In this document: piece after piece, positions 39,944 through 54,144 of the stretch
Position numbering within the stretch: position 1 is the stretch's first letter
Layout: the number at the start of each line of letters is the position of its first letter
Position numbers and translations under genes: made by a program
Assembly (NCBI RefSeq): GCF_006345805.1
Contig: NC_043004.1
Location: 92,194,001 to 92,258,000 of the forward strand
Source: Octopus sinensis
Taxonomy: Eukaryota
DNA: 64,000 nt
Direction: 5' to 3'
Notes under the pieces: model-generated
Told to the model about the DNA's origin: nothing
Database searches by the model: none
Seen by the model: the letters and a program-made list of their open reading frames with translations, nothing else

Positions 39944-42101
39944 TACACACACACACACACACACATGTATGTATGTATGTATGTGTGACGTATATCAATT
40001 GCTTTTGTCGTTTCCTATAGACGGCGTTTAAGCATCTGTTTCTGAAAAGTTCCGTTCCAAGACATAGGTCTGAGCATGAGCACAACAAAACATTAATTCT
40101 GTGTATTCATTCAATGGGGTTTTTTTTTTCTTTTTGATTTATTATTTCAAGATCAATAAACATTCTAGAGTGTAGAAGCTACAGAGAGTATTTGGACATA
40201 TAAAATGATGCTTCATTTAAATGTCGCTATTAAGAAAGTATAAAGTATATTGTTATTTAAAAAAATAAAGGAAAAGTAAAACCGAAATGCGTGGCCAGTG
40301 TCCTTTCCATTATATTTCTCAATCTTCTAAACGTACTAACATCTCGACAGAGTCCGTTTCAAACTGTTTAGTATAAATTGTTTGATATATGCTCGAAATA
40401 GTTTTAGTTAACGTTTGTTGTACAGTAGCTGCATAACTAATTTTCCCAGCATCTTACCGTTAACTCGGCATAAGTTTAGTATTTCTGAATTCAAATATTC
40501 TCTAGACTGTGATGTAGTCTCGGTATCATGTATCAACAAATCTGGATTCTTGTATTGTTCATTATGTATCTGTTTGTAATGTATTTCCATTGTCTAAGAA
40601 TGTTGATTTCGTAATAAGTAGCCTCTAATATCCTTAACTTGCACGGCTAGGTAATATACAGCATCACTCATTGCGATTTTAGCAGGCAGTAAATTCTATT
40701 CACGCTCCCACTTGTGATAAGTTTGTCGTAGACGGCTTTGAAAAATAAAGCTTTCAATACTGCCAGTTCTCGCTTCGCGGCCGATTTTACTTTCTATTGA
40801 ATCAAGTCATTATCATATCTTGTCTGCTATCAAATCTTGTATATGCATCGTCAACGTTTCAATCCCAACTGTGCTCATCAGTGTAGAGTGAACCAAAATT
40901 TATCAGACCCAACTATATGGGCGTGGCACAATCGTGAATGTGAAGCCTAAAGTCCGCCAACTTAACCGAGTGGTGTTGAAATGCCCCTTTTGAACTCTCA
41001 GGGACACAAACAGGCACACGTAATGTCCAGTTTGTTTTGATCTTGATTCTCTTACCTTATACATTTCCATTGGCTTCTGCTCTTGTTTATCTTCCCGTTT
41101 GTTGAATCACGCACTCTCGTTTTTACCCCAAATGCTGTAGTTTTCCTATAGTTAGGGCGATCCGCTCTGTTTCATCTCCCTTCCTCTCTCTCTTTTTCTA
41201 TCTTTTACTTCTGGTTCATGTTTTCTGTTTCCCTCTCCATCCTCTGTATTTTCCTCCCCTTTTTTCTCCCTTTCTTACTCCCACCTCTCTCCTCTCCTTC
41301 CTGTCTGAAATCCCAGAATTAATTTTCTACCTATCTCTACTTCCCTCTTGTCTTTTGCCGATCTAATCTTCGTATACGTTAGTGCGCTTTCCTTCCGCTC
41401 TATCACTCCTCTCTTCATGGATTAATATTCTAATATCAAATATCTTCTTTTCTCTCGGAATTAATTGTGTGTAATAATCATTCTTTATATTGTTTATATT
41501 TTAGTCGGAAAACTTCAATTTCATTGTGTTTTTGTTTCTTTTGTCGGTCAAAAGACCTTAATTTTTATTGTAACATTTTCTTGTTCCATTCCTCTGTCTT
41601 TGTATATTATGCTCGAATATGTATCATATCTATTTTTCTGTCCTGCCTCTTGTTATACACACACGAATCTTTGCTTTATTTGTTCTTTCTATTTACTCCC
41701 AAGTTACTTACAAGTAACTAACACTATTAGCTATAGTGACGTTGTCTTGAAGTGTCGAAATTACCATGACTTCTAGATCAATGGCTGATGAAGGGTGACT
41801 TCTGTTTCCGTCTATTTTATTTTCAACATGTTTCCCGTGTCTTATATACAGTCGCCGTCCTCTGTGCTTGTTTTCCTTCTGTATATGGGTGTATACGCGC
41901 GCGTGCTCGCACGTGTAGACGTAATCTGCCTCCTGGTGTAATAATCTTGGGTGCCTTTGGTGAAGTTCATTCTGTAACAGGGGTTCGGAATGGCCAAGTC
42001 TTAATAAGTGCCTCCCCGAAAAAAAGTTCATGCCCACTGCTCTTTAACTACTGACTTAGCGAAAAGAGAAATAACTCGTAGATAGATCGACAGACAGACA
42101 T

Positions 42102-42171
<70 letters not shown>

Positions 42172-42569
42172 GAATGAATTTACACGTGTTAAAGAGAGAG
42201 ATATAGGGATAGATAACAAAATGTTAGGTATAAACATACACATACGTACGCACATATTTATGAGCGTGTATGTGGTAAAATTGTTTATAATACCAAGCAA
42301 AGGAACTCTAGATAAGTAGGCATGCGACTAATGCGATATAGTAAGTATAGCATTACGTTTAATAACTGGCTGATTTGAGAATTTATACTTGTCTGTAGAG
42401 ATTATAGGGATTACTGCACATAACTGTATATTATTATACTAGAGGTTTCTGTTTGGTGTGTTGCGTACATAGAATGTCGATGAATACATTTGGTGCTGGC
42501 ATATAGAAGTTCGTCTGGTAATCTTGCGGTTGCGAATTCAGTTCTGTAGTGCGATCTTTGGGCATCTTT

Positions 42570-43035
42570 TATCTTTTATGCTTTACTTGTTTCAGACATT
42601 TGATGGCGGCCATGTTGGGGCACCGCATTGAAAGGTTTTAGTCGAACAAATCGACCCCAGGACTTATTTTTTTAAAGTCTATCTGTTGTTTTTGCCGAAC
42701 TGCTAAATTGCGGAGACGTAAGCACACCAACACTGATTATCAAGCGGTAGTGAGGGACACAGACCAAAACACACACACACACACACACAAACACGCGCAC
42801 ACACACACACACACACACAGACACACACACGCACAAACTACCCCCTCACACACAACACACCCACGCATATATACCGATGGGCTTCTTTCAGTTTCCGTCT
42901 ACCAAATCTATTCACAAGGCTTTGGTCGGCCCGAGGTTATAGTAAAAGATACTTGCCCATGGTGTCACGCCGTAGGACTGAAACCAGGACCATGTAGTTG
43001 AGAAGCAGGCTTTCTACCATACAGCCACGCCCGCT
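42570..43035 (-). mobile_element. SINE family B
   Basis: Reverse complement of the 33595 copy, with expanded (CA)n. Confidence 0.88.
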
Positions 43036-43430
43036 CCTATAATATATATTCTTTAAATATTTTCAGCTTTAAAGCTGTAATTATGCTGGGTAACCACCGT
43101 TTATTTTATCGTCCTCGCGCATTGACAAACGCTCTGAGAGTACAATTTCGTTAAGAAAATAGTTAAATGAGGAAATGTTGTCCATAATATAGCAAAAGTC
43201 GAGATTGTATTGTTTAAAAATTTTTGATCATCGGTCTATCTGATCAGGTGCCTACACTCATATACTCACATATACCAACACAAACGCACGCACACGTGCT
43301 CACACACACAAGCTCACAAGTAAATACTCCTACATGCTGCACCATAACACGTTACAGAACATAGAAGCGCGTGTAATACCACACACACACACACACACAC
43401 ACACAATAACAATACATAACACAACATAAA

Positions 43431-43760
43431 AAGGAGCACTCCGTCGGTTACGACGATGAGGGTCCCAGCTGATACGATCAACGGAACAGCTTGCTCGTGA
43501 AATTAACGTGTAAGTGGCTGAGCACTCCACAGACACGTGTACCCCTAACGTAGTTCTCAAGAAGATTCAGCGTGACGCAAAGTGTGACAAAGCCGGCCCT
43601 TTGAAATACAGGTACAACTCATTTTTGACAGCTGAGTGGACTGGTGCAACGTGAAATAAAGTGTCTTGCTCAAGGACACAATGCATCACCGGGAATCGAA
43701 CTCACGACCTTACAATCGTCAGCAGTCGAATGCCCTAACCACTAAGCCACGCACCTTCAC
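43431..43760 (-). mobile_element. Composite SINE (family D head/core + family C tail) with 15-bp TSD
   Basis: TSD ATAACACAACATAAA at 43416-43430 and 43761-43775. Confidence 0.88.
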
Positions 43761-44989
43761 ATAACACAACATAAAGACACAAACAATACACACACATACT
43801 CGCAACGAAAAACGCATAAACGCGAAACGCAAAAACGTTTACAGAGAAAGAAAACGACATAAAGAACGAAGAAAAGAGAGTGATTGAGAGAGAAAGAAAA
43901 AAACAACTTACGTAATACATTATACATATTCGCCCGCATAACTCTACACTCACACACATAAACTATTACATAAGCACAAGTATCACACACACATCCCATG
44001 TATTCACATATATTCATGTGAATGCAAACACACGTATACGCACGTATGTAATACAATATAAACGCAACAAGCACACACATATATACACACACCCATATGC
44101 ATTCAATATCTTTCTGACGTTTGTAAAACATCTTAAATATCTTAAATGTTATTCTGTGTTGATAATTCTATGTGTATTTGTTCTTAATTCAATTATCAAA
44201 GCTTTAAATTACTATTTCACCGAGTACCTTATAACAAAAAGGCTTGATAATTGCATACTGTTGTAACATATTCTCTTGTGCAACTCGTATCGACCGCACC
44301 ACAGTATATTCAAGGATTGACCAGACTGTTGGATCAGGTCCAGCAACTTCTCAGTTGATAACGTGTTGATATATAACATGTGTGTGTGTGAGTGTGTGTG
44401 TGGGGCGTTCTGTTCGCTTGTTGTTATGATCAGCAAAAACATCGCTTAATTCTGCGAGGATGAAATAGCATTTAATGAATATAGGAGTGAGCTACTTCAA
44501 GTTTCATGCTCGGAACGATAACTGATCGTTCGCTGTGCGCTGTACAAGCGCATCCGAATACCGCAATCTGCAATATTCCAGCATGAAGAGGTTCACATAT
44601 AATTCTTGTGTTCATTATAAATAATCAGACAGAGAGACGGATGGATTAAGCGAGCATGGCTTAGAAATATATACCATTCTTTCTTTAATTGATGTATGTT
44701 CCTATGTTACAATATGCCTAACTGGAAACAATAATGCAGATCGACTGACGCAGGTGAAACGTGTGTGTATGTGCATATGAGTTTGTGTTTGCATGTATAT
44801 GTGTCTATATAAGTACATATGTGTGCGTGTGACCATGCATGTACTTGTGTGTTTGTGTATGTGGCTGTGTGTCTATGTATATACTTGTGTGTGTGTGTAT
44901 GAGCGTGGGTGCATGAGCTGGCGATTGTGTTAGGAACATATTCGGTGTTCGTCGAGATTTTAAGGTAGAACTTTTAAGTCACGTACATA

Positions 44990-45079
44990 TACACGTGTGT
45001 GTGTGTGTGTGCGCGTGTGCGTGTAAATATGTGTCTGTGTATAATGCATACACACGCACACCCGCATGCAGGCGCGCTC

Positions 45080-45115
<36 letters not shown>

Positions 45116-45210
45116 TCTGTAGGCAATAAGACACCCATTAGATTAGAAGCTATGTTTATTGCAAGTCTATCTCGAGTGCAAAATAAAAATGCTGATACAA
45201 CCAGTAATAA

Positions 45211-45261
<51 letters not shown>

Positions 45262-45303
45262 CACTACTACTACTACTACTACTAACCCTAACCCTAATAT
45301 TAA

Positions 45304-45347
<44 letters not shown>

Positions 45348-45507
45348 ATATAATAATAATAATAATAATGATGATGATGATGATGATGATGATGATAATA
45401 ATAATATTAATAATAATAATGATAATAATAAAAATACTGATAATGATAATAATAAAAATACTGATAATGTTAATAATAATAATAATGATAATAATAATAA
45501 TAATAAG

Positions 45508-45542
<35 letters not shown>

Positions 45543-45600
45543 TAATAATGATAATAGTGATAATAATAAAAATACTGATAATGTTAATAATAATAATCAT
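44990..45600. repeat. (CA)n, (CTA)n and (AAT/GAT)n microsatellite complex
   Basis: Direct inspection. Confidence 0.95.
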
Positions 45601-46604
45601 GTTTGCTATCTTCCAGTGTTTGATATCCATAAAACGAACGAGAGTATTTTCAAGAAAGTGAACATAAAAGACTTACGAGTTTTTTTTTTTTTTCATTGTA
45701 ATCACTAAAAGAATTATAAGCTTTGATGTCAAACTATTTTATTATGTACCTACGGTTTCCATGCTCAACGTAAAGACCCTACCATTCGGTAATTTCTCCT
45801 TGTAATCTCCTCCAGTCTGTCGCCCTTCAAACTATAAAAGGCAACAACAACATCATCATCACCACCATCACCATCACCACCACCACCATTGTCATCACCA
45901 TCATCATCATCATCATCACCACCACCATTGCCATCATCATCATCAGCATCATCATCAACGTTATTGTTTTTTTTCTTTCTTCATGTTTATGTCTATAAAA
46001 GTAATCATATTTTTGAAGCGTTTCTTCAGTGTACAGTGTGCGTGTTTTCTAATGTATCGACATAATGTACTTTATGTGCGCAATCACTGGTGGTGACACT
46101 ATACGTATGTTGTGTATATGTTTGTAATATGTTTGTGTATATGTTTGTAATTCCCGTGTTTTTGGTTATGTATTTCTTCTGCATTATGTTTAATCATTCC
46201 CAGTACACCTATTATTATTGAGATTATTTCTATTCTAAATCACCAAATTGCCATTATCTTTACTTCCAGATCTCTATTCTAGAACAATTTCCTCATTTCC
46301 TTTCGAGATAAATTGTTCTATGTTTAAATTGTTGCATCAATTCGCATACATGTCTCTTTTTTTTTTTTTTTGATGTTCTATGACAATAATATCCGATCGA
46401 TTTGCATTTTTCTCATAACTGTCTGTCACATTTGAAATCACATGGCAAAATAAATTCTACAAATGTTTGGAGAAAGTATTTGTAAACACGTACTAATATA
46501 CTCTTATTGCTAGTTGCTTCTTTTGTATGCCGGCTAGGAAGCTAGCTAGTGTTCAGTTTTTCCAGGTCTAGGGGATGGAACTTGTTTCTAAAATTTTGAG
46601 GGAA

Positions 46605-46848
46605 CTCGTCGATTACATCGACCCTAGTGTTTCACTGGTACTTAATTTATTGACCCCGAAAGGATGAAAGCAAAGTCGACTTAGGCAGAATTTGAACTCA
46701 GAACGTAAAAACAGAAATACCGCTAAACATGCCGCCCGGCGTGCTAACGACTCTGCCAGCTTGCAACCTTAATAATAATGATGATGATGATGATGATGAT
46801 AATAATAATAACAATAATAATAATAATAACAATAATAACAATAATAAC

Positions 46849-46892
<44 letters not shown>

Positions 46893-47220
46893 TGAACGAA
46901 CTACTGAGTTTGGTTTAATGGCCTACCAATGTATACTATGAGTTTCTTTGCCCTAGGAGTCGGGAAGACACTCGGCAAGAAATGGAAGCAAATTTGAAAG
47001 AAGAAAAAAAAAGTAATAATAATGATGAAGATGATGATATTGGCACAAGACTAGTAACATTTTGGGACTCTGGTGCTCGACTGGTACTTGTTTTTATCGA
47101 CCCCGAAAGGATGTAAGGCAAATTTGACCTCAGTTGAATTTGAACTCAAAACGCAATATAGGACAAGACGCCGTTAAGCACTTTCTCAGGCGTGCTAACG
47201 ATTCAGCCAGCTCACCACCC
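46605..47220 (-). mobile_element. Two SINE A copies flanking (AAT)n
   Basis: Family motifs at 46605-46765 and 47080-47220. Confidence 0.85.
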
Positions 47221-48024
47221 TATCATCGCCAATGTATTATTAAAATACCAACTTAAATTAAACTGTTTTTATTGCTTAATATGGGAGTCTTAGATTATGT
47301 GGAAATATACGGGTAAGGAAAGACGTAACAAGTCGGTTTCAGAAAAACAAAACAAAAAAAGAAGCATTATTATAAAAGCCTCGACTAGAATAGCAATAAT
47401 ATCTTTAACAGATAGGCTATATTATTACTGAAAATGTGATTACATGAGCTAAATTTCAAAGGTTTCTTCACCTTGACACATGTCTGCCGAGAATCCTGAC
47501 ATTCAGCTATTTCTATTTCCAGCACAATCATGAGGAAGAGCAATGCATTTACAATATTACAGGTTTCACCGGAAATGCGCTGAAAGAATGTTCATATAAT
47601 TGTCAACTTTGCCTCCAATAGATCGCTCAGCTAAAAGCTTTTCAATAGCTTGACAGCTTACTTAGATATCCATACAACCAAATTACCTTAAGTTCTCGAT
47701 ATTTTTTTGCATCTGCTTTGCTTTAAAAGTACAAATACAGGATTACTGTAATAGTGGTTGTAATACTGTAAAAAAAATTATTTGTAAAATATATTCTTTC
47801 TTCCTGCTAAAATTAGAAATTTACCGTGTACACAAAATTTCATAATTTTTGTTTCTAAACATTTTGAGTTTGACCACAGGACTGTCAGCTTCTTCAAAAA
47901 AAAAAAAAGAGGAAAAGATAAGCATGGGAAATATGTAGAGTTATTTGTTAGATGGAACTTCCACAGATTCCAACAACGGAGATGGGGGACCACTTCAATA
48001 GATAATGATGCTCTGAGAAGTGCA

Positions 48025-48171
48025 TGGCGAAATGTGTGACAGGTCTTGCAATGTCGTTAAGATGCTCGCTTTGCAATCATGTGGTTTCGGTCTCTGGTCT
48101 AGTCCGTGGTGATGTGGGCAAAGTTGTGTGGAAGCCAGTCGTATGTATGTATGTATATGGATATATATATA

Positions 48172-48211
<40 letters not shown>

Positions 48212-48520
48212 TATATATATTAAAACGAATAGTTTACACCTCTTAGCTTACGTTAAGCACATTCACTTCCACAGTGATCGTTACTTATATGGTAAATATA
48301 CGAAACAATTGTGATTAATAATAAATTCTTGTATATTCCATCTTCCACCTTTCATTTACCATGTGAGTGTGTGTGTGTGTGTGTTTTATCCTCTGTGTTT
48401 GCCAGTCTGGCGGTACGGCAAAAGACCGATAAAATAAGTACCATACTTTAAAAAATAAGTACTGGTGTCGACTTTTCAGTTAAAACTCCTCGAGGCAGCA
48501 CCTCCAGCATGGTTGCTGTG
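48025..48520 (+). mobile_element. Degenerate SINE B
   Basis: Head at ~48060, tail ccgataaaataagtac...gcagcacctccagcatgg. Confidence 0.55.
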
Positions 48521-49049
48521 TAGTGACGGGAGCGTAGAAAGTAGAAAGGTGAACATAAAAAATAGGGTTCTAGGATATCGTAGAACAAGAATTTTAAAGT
48601 TGCAAGGATTTAACAATAATGAAACTTGCAGCCCTTTTGTTAAGTAGATACTGCCTTTACGGGACACGGTGTATTTGAAGGTGCTTCAAATACCGTGTCA
48701 ACTATAGCAAATATAGTTTATAGACTTGTCATCACTATCTGATACGTCATCACAGCCATAGCATAATGTAGAATTATATAAAAATATCATTGACGTCTGA
48801 TGTTTTATTAACAGCTTTAGATTATGCTTTATTGTAATATATTTGAGTACAAGACATAACACCATAGTTGTATACTACAGTTGTCTTTCATGGTGCTATT
48901 ACTACCATATGTGATATGTAGTGTAAGAATACAAAGTGTTGATTTGCAATGAGGAGTGGTAGAATCTAACGTTTCAAACACGTAATCTTTCCTTGCAAGC
49001 GAACATGTAATATTATTTCTATAGGAACAAGCCTGAAATTTTTTGTGGG

Positions 49050-49255
49050 AAGGATTTAGCGGATTGCATCAATCCCCTCTGTGTTTAGCCCCTTGTGGGT
49101 AATAAAGAAATAGGATTGCATCAATCCCAGTACTTGACTGACATCATATTTTATTGATCCTGAAAGGATTACAGGAAATGCCGACCTCGGCGAAATTTGA
49201 ACTCAGAACAAAAAGACGAAAGAAATACCGCTAAGGATGTTGTCCTCACCGCCTT
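49050..49255 (-). mobile_element. SINE A containing a 36-bp A' tail insertion (49077-49112, + strand)
   Basis: 16-bp TSD GGATTGCATCAATCCC at 49061-49076 and 49113-49128. Confidence 0.85.
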
Positions 49256-49724
49256 CAGAAAGGATATAATATAGAGCGAGAAGAATATGGAGCTATTGTC
49301 ATTGTCGGTAATGATCAAAACCGTTTTAGCCATGATATTCTCGACTTTTATTCAGAGAATGTATTTAAGTTTATATTATACACTGGGCCAATGTTGCAGT
49401 GCTATAAATTAACACCCGCTGCACGTAGCAGTTCTGACAGCATCGTAGAAATGAAAATTAATTTATCGACTTGCACTGTTAGTTCACATTGGTTCTTCCC
49501 ATAGTAAAACAAATAACTTTCTGGGAAGCCAATTTTTCCTATCCAGGGAACTGATTCATCTCCCATAGAAAATGGCGTTTGTAACATAACTAAATGTATG
49601 ATTCTTTTAAAATGACGAATGTTACCAAAGCCAGTTGGCACGAAACTCTCAATAATATTAAACGCATAGTTATAAACACATAAACAAATACACACACCAA
49701 TAAGATAGATAGATAGGTAGATAG

Positions 49725-49769
<45 letters not shown>

Positions 49770-50742
49770 GGGAGAGACAGACAGGCAGGCAGACAGACAG
49801 AAATATATTTTCACATATAATTCTTGACAAATGCTACCAATTCTTTGTTATTTCAAGAACCAATTATTCTATGCACTTACCTCGAAATATTGTGACATTC
49901 CCAAATCAAAGTATTACTTTTGTTTTATTCTGTATCTTTCTTTTTCTTTCTTTTATCATCTCTTTCATTAATCATATTTTTCTTTCTTTTTTTTCATCAT
50001 GATCATCATCATCATCATTATCCAGCCCTACACACACTTATACATATAAATTATACCTGCCCCTCTTATTCATCTGCGATTTCACGTTCCACATAACGAT
50101 AATAAGTGTTTAATATAACCTTCAACCTAGAATATTCTTTCATCATTCCCCTCTTTCCTTTTCTCTTTAAGATCTACTAGAACATTCCCCTTCAAGCTGG
50201 CTATATGTCAGTGAGTGATCAACTAAATATGGAGTATAATATTCTAAGCTAGTGAGGCATCGGATATATTTAGTATATCAAATTAAGTTACCAGAAATTT
50301 GTTCGACACTCCACGAAGTCTCTATTTAGTATGTTAGCGCAACAAAATATCAAATTGTTTCATCGTGATGCGGCCGCTCAAAATGAGTAGAAATAAAAAT
50401 GAAATATACTCCAAACTACAATCGATATTCTTAGAAAAAGAAGGCACTTAAGAAAGTTCCTGGATTCATTGTGCCTATGCAAAAGAGGGAATGACCATGA
50501 CTGGAAAGACTTTTGATTTGAAAGTCGATCAAGCTGGCAAACACACACGCAGACATACATACATGTGTGTGTGTGTGTGTGTGTATGTGTGTGTGTGTGT
50601 GTGTCTGTGTGTCTGTGTGTATTATCAATATAACATATTATATGTATGCTTTTAATTGAAAACCAAAGGCTACAGTTTTCGCCCTGAAAAAATATAATTA
50701 TCCCAAGAAAGTATTACAGAGTCATATAGCTGTTTGTGCCTG

Positions 50743-50791
<49 letters not shown>

Positions 50792-50839
50792 CATATATGA
50801 AAGAATGGGGCTGAACGGCGAATTAACAAAATTCCTTTA

Positions 50840-50920
50840 TTTTCGACATGTTTCGAAGGCTGCATATTCCTAATTGCGAAGGAATAAGGAGTATATTATG
50901 CCGCTTTCTCATCAGGAAAA
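50840..50920 (-). ncRNA. Minimal type I hammerhead ribozyme (left arm)
   Basis: UUUUC-CUGAUGA-[stem II]-GAAA-CAU-GUC-GAAAA, helix III palindrome ACAUGU. Confidence 0.6.
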
Positions 50921-51001
50921 GCAAGGAACTTATGTCAACATCAAAATGCACAAAATAACTCAGTTTTTTTGTGCATTTTGATGTTGACATAAGTTCCTTG
51001 C

Positions 51002-51084
51002 TTTTCCTGATGAGAAAGCGGCATAATGTACTCCTTATTCCTTCGCAATTAGGAATATGCAGCCTTCGAAACATATGTCGAAAA
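51002..51084 (+). ncRNA. Minimal type I hammerhead ribozyme (right arm)
   Basis: TTTTC-CTGATGA-GAAAGCGGC...GCAGCCTTC-GAAA-CATATG-TC-GAAAA, helix III palindrome ACAUAUGU; stem II is imperfect. Confidence 0.6.
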
Positions 51085-51291
51085 TAAAGGAATTTTGTTA
51101 ATTCGCCGTTCAGCTCCATTCTTTCATATATTTATATTTTCAAAATAAACATACAAATTTCCACACGAAAGCACGTAATCTATGCCCTAGGCACGTAATT
51201 CAACCGTGTTTTTTCTGATGTGAATTTGCTACCCAGGTATCGGTTAATTCGAATTATCCTTAATAAGATAATTCATTCAACTACTCAAATA

Positions 51292-51322
<31 letters not shown>

Positions 51323-52303
51323 CACTTAATAACGATTTTAGAGAGCCCAGTTTACAGAGACTGATCGGAGTGGAAGTTAGGGTGCGACATGAGGTATCCT
51401 GATCACACCGAGAGGACTGCATCACAGTCCTATTTAGGTGTGTTGTTACAATTAGGTTTGTTATGTTTACTCGATGTGTAACCTGTAGTAATATATAGCA
51501 TGAACTTTTTTGTCTTACTCTCCGTTTATTACAAAATGTATATTGCCAATCACTTTGTTACCCTGTTACATGACACGTTAGTAATTTTTGTATGAGTCTT
51601 CGTGACCCAGCAATGAAAATATTACAATTATTTATTAATGTGGTCGATGGTAGAACCTATTCATGATTTTAGTTTCAATCCTACTGGGGTCGATTTTGCA
51701 TTTCGATTCTCATGAACAGGTTGAAATAAGTACCAGTTTTGAAATAACGTTGAAATTTTTTTTTTATATCAGCCCATCTCAAAAGATTATATTTTACTTT
51801 GAAAGCTTTATTATAAATATCACTTAGAATATTAAGTACTCATCATGTTGCCCATTGGATATCCTCATGTTGTACTCATGTTGTACTCTTTATAGTTTGA
51901 GATACAATACCTATATCTACACCAAAATGAATGGTATCCACATGCGGTACCTACTGAAGGCAGCGCGATAAACCTTGGCTCAGTATGGAACCTATTCGCA
52001 ATGAAATGGACGTGAAGGGTTTTGTTTGGAGTACAGGAACGTCTAACTGCCCGGTTTGTGCTCCGACGTTTGCTTATTCGATCAGCTGTAGCTTTGCTCT
52101 GTGATATACTTATAAAAATGTCATTCATCAGACATAATCTCTCTTTATCCTATTTAAATACCGATTAATAGTATACTTTCATGACAATAAATCCACCTAG
52201 TTAATGGTTTAATCCAGTAGCTAGTTTTCAATTTGATTTTTTTTTTCACTTCTATTCTCCCTATCTATATTTGCCAGTGTTGTTGTTGGTGGTGATGGTG
52301 CTG

Positions 52304-52340
<37 letters not shown>

Positions 52341-53229
52341 ATAACATTGACAGAAGGTGGTAGACTATTGAATCACTTTCCAAGATATTGCTAGTATATA
52401 TTTTATCGGTCTATGCGGATGAAAGACTATATCGGAACTTGCAAGTATTTAACTCTGGACGAAAAGGAACATAATCCGACAGGAGTTACACATTTTTCTG
52501 TTGTATTATACTGCCCTCTAGTTTTTGCAAGAAGGGCAATAAAAGAAGAAATGTTACACATATGAAGTAGAAATACATAAAGACTGAAAGAGCAACATCA
52601 CGTGTTAAAATGAAATTACAATTGAATAATAACACTATGACTGTATAAATGCAAGGATATTCCAGATGGGGAGTAAAGAAGTACTGCACATGGATGACTC
52701 CGCTTGCACTCAATAAAGGATTAAATTTCTTCTCTCAGATATCAGTCTACAACAAAAATGTCTTTAATAAATTTACGGGTAGTGAGAACTTATTTTTCCA
52801 CCCTTACTTTTCAAATTAAACGACACTAAATGAAAATAATGAGAGATTTATTTGAAAGCAAAAAAAAGGTTCACCCTGAAACTAGTAAGACTCATCCAGC
52901 ACTATTTCCTTAGTACTGTCTACCAGGCGCTAAATTTCTCCCTTGTTCAAAGTAAATGATGACAAAGTTTAACTATGGACTCGGGTTACAACTGGATCCA
53001 GTTTACGTGATCCAGTAACCGTTCAATTTAGGGTCATAAACAGATGAATTGGAAACAGTTGAGAATTATCATGGATAGTTTCATCTGCACCGCACCAAGA
53101 AATTCTTGGGCAAATTTACCCAGAAACATTGCGCTATTCTAGCTGCTTTGCCTGTTCTGCTCGTTACAAAATAACAATACGCTTCAGTGCTAATGCTTGC
53201 CTTAAGTTTTCTGGAAGTTGTTCATAATA

Positions 53230-53437
53230 CAGAGTGTCCATGAATTAGCTTTACAATCAGAAAATCTCAGGAAAAATGATGAAAAATAAGGATAGCTCAT
53301 CAGAGTTTATAGCGAAACAAATATAGTTTTATTACAAACATCAGAACACTTCAGAGTGGGCTCCATTAGTTGCACACAACACATCTGCACAATACAATAA
53401 ACTGAGGAAATTGTAATGATAATTTATGAACACCCTG
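53230..53437. mobile_element. Tc1/mariner-type MITE
   Basis: TA|CAGAGTGTCCATGAATTA ... TAATTTATGAACACCCTG|TA. Confidence 0.75.
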
Positions 53438-54144
53438 TATTAAAGCTGAAAGTCTTACCGATAGGATCTGCTCGATATACATGTATTCATCGACACCGAC
53501 AGTAACTTCTAAACAAATAGCATTCATAGTCTTCACTAACCAACTACAGAATGTAAGGGTTGTTTTTATAGCTGATAGAGTATTATGAATACCTAAAGTG
53601 TCGCTCTAGATTCCACTCTACTGTTTATCTGAGATACCAATTCGGTCACGTACACAAGCTGAGGGAAAACCTTCTGAACAAACAAATGCCGTACTGGCAT
53701 TCCTTTGAGGTAATCTCTGCCTCCGTACATCATGCATCAGTAAACAAGTACATTTGTATCCCATTGAGCGAGTACTGACAGCAGAGTGGCCTAATTACGA
53801 GTTAGAGTTCAATTTTTTCCTCTTCTCTGGTCAACTTATGGCTATCACGCATTGAATACCATCATGCTGTCTTTTCGAAACAGCTTTACTTCGGCCCATT
53901 TCTGAGTGGTACTATCTTCGATCCAGCTCTTCTCCACTTGGAGATTCGAACTCCAAAGATATCTCAAGTAATTTAACCAGGCCTTAGGTGCCACGGAGAT
54001 CACTTGTTTATAGGTGCTTACCTTTCAACGCCAGATTTCTTCTGTTAAAAGCCCACAGATTTCTTCTGGTTAAATGTTATGTCTGTCATATTTGTAATAT
54101 TGGTTTCAAATTTTAGCACAGGGACAGTAATTTTTCGGAGGAGG

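Larger units (their letters stand above)
50793..51131. repeat. Near-perfect ~340-bp palindrome (Penelope-like terminal repeat pair)
   Basis: ~165-bp arms with few mismatches, centre at ~50960, next to (TA)n. Confidence 0.95.

Noticed and set aside
40853-40881. CTGATGA...GAAACGTT on the minus strand
   Set aside because: No stem II pairing
45286-45298. TAACCC telomere-like repeat
   Set aside because: Only two units, inside a (CTA)n tract; slippage variant
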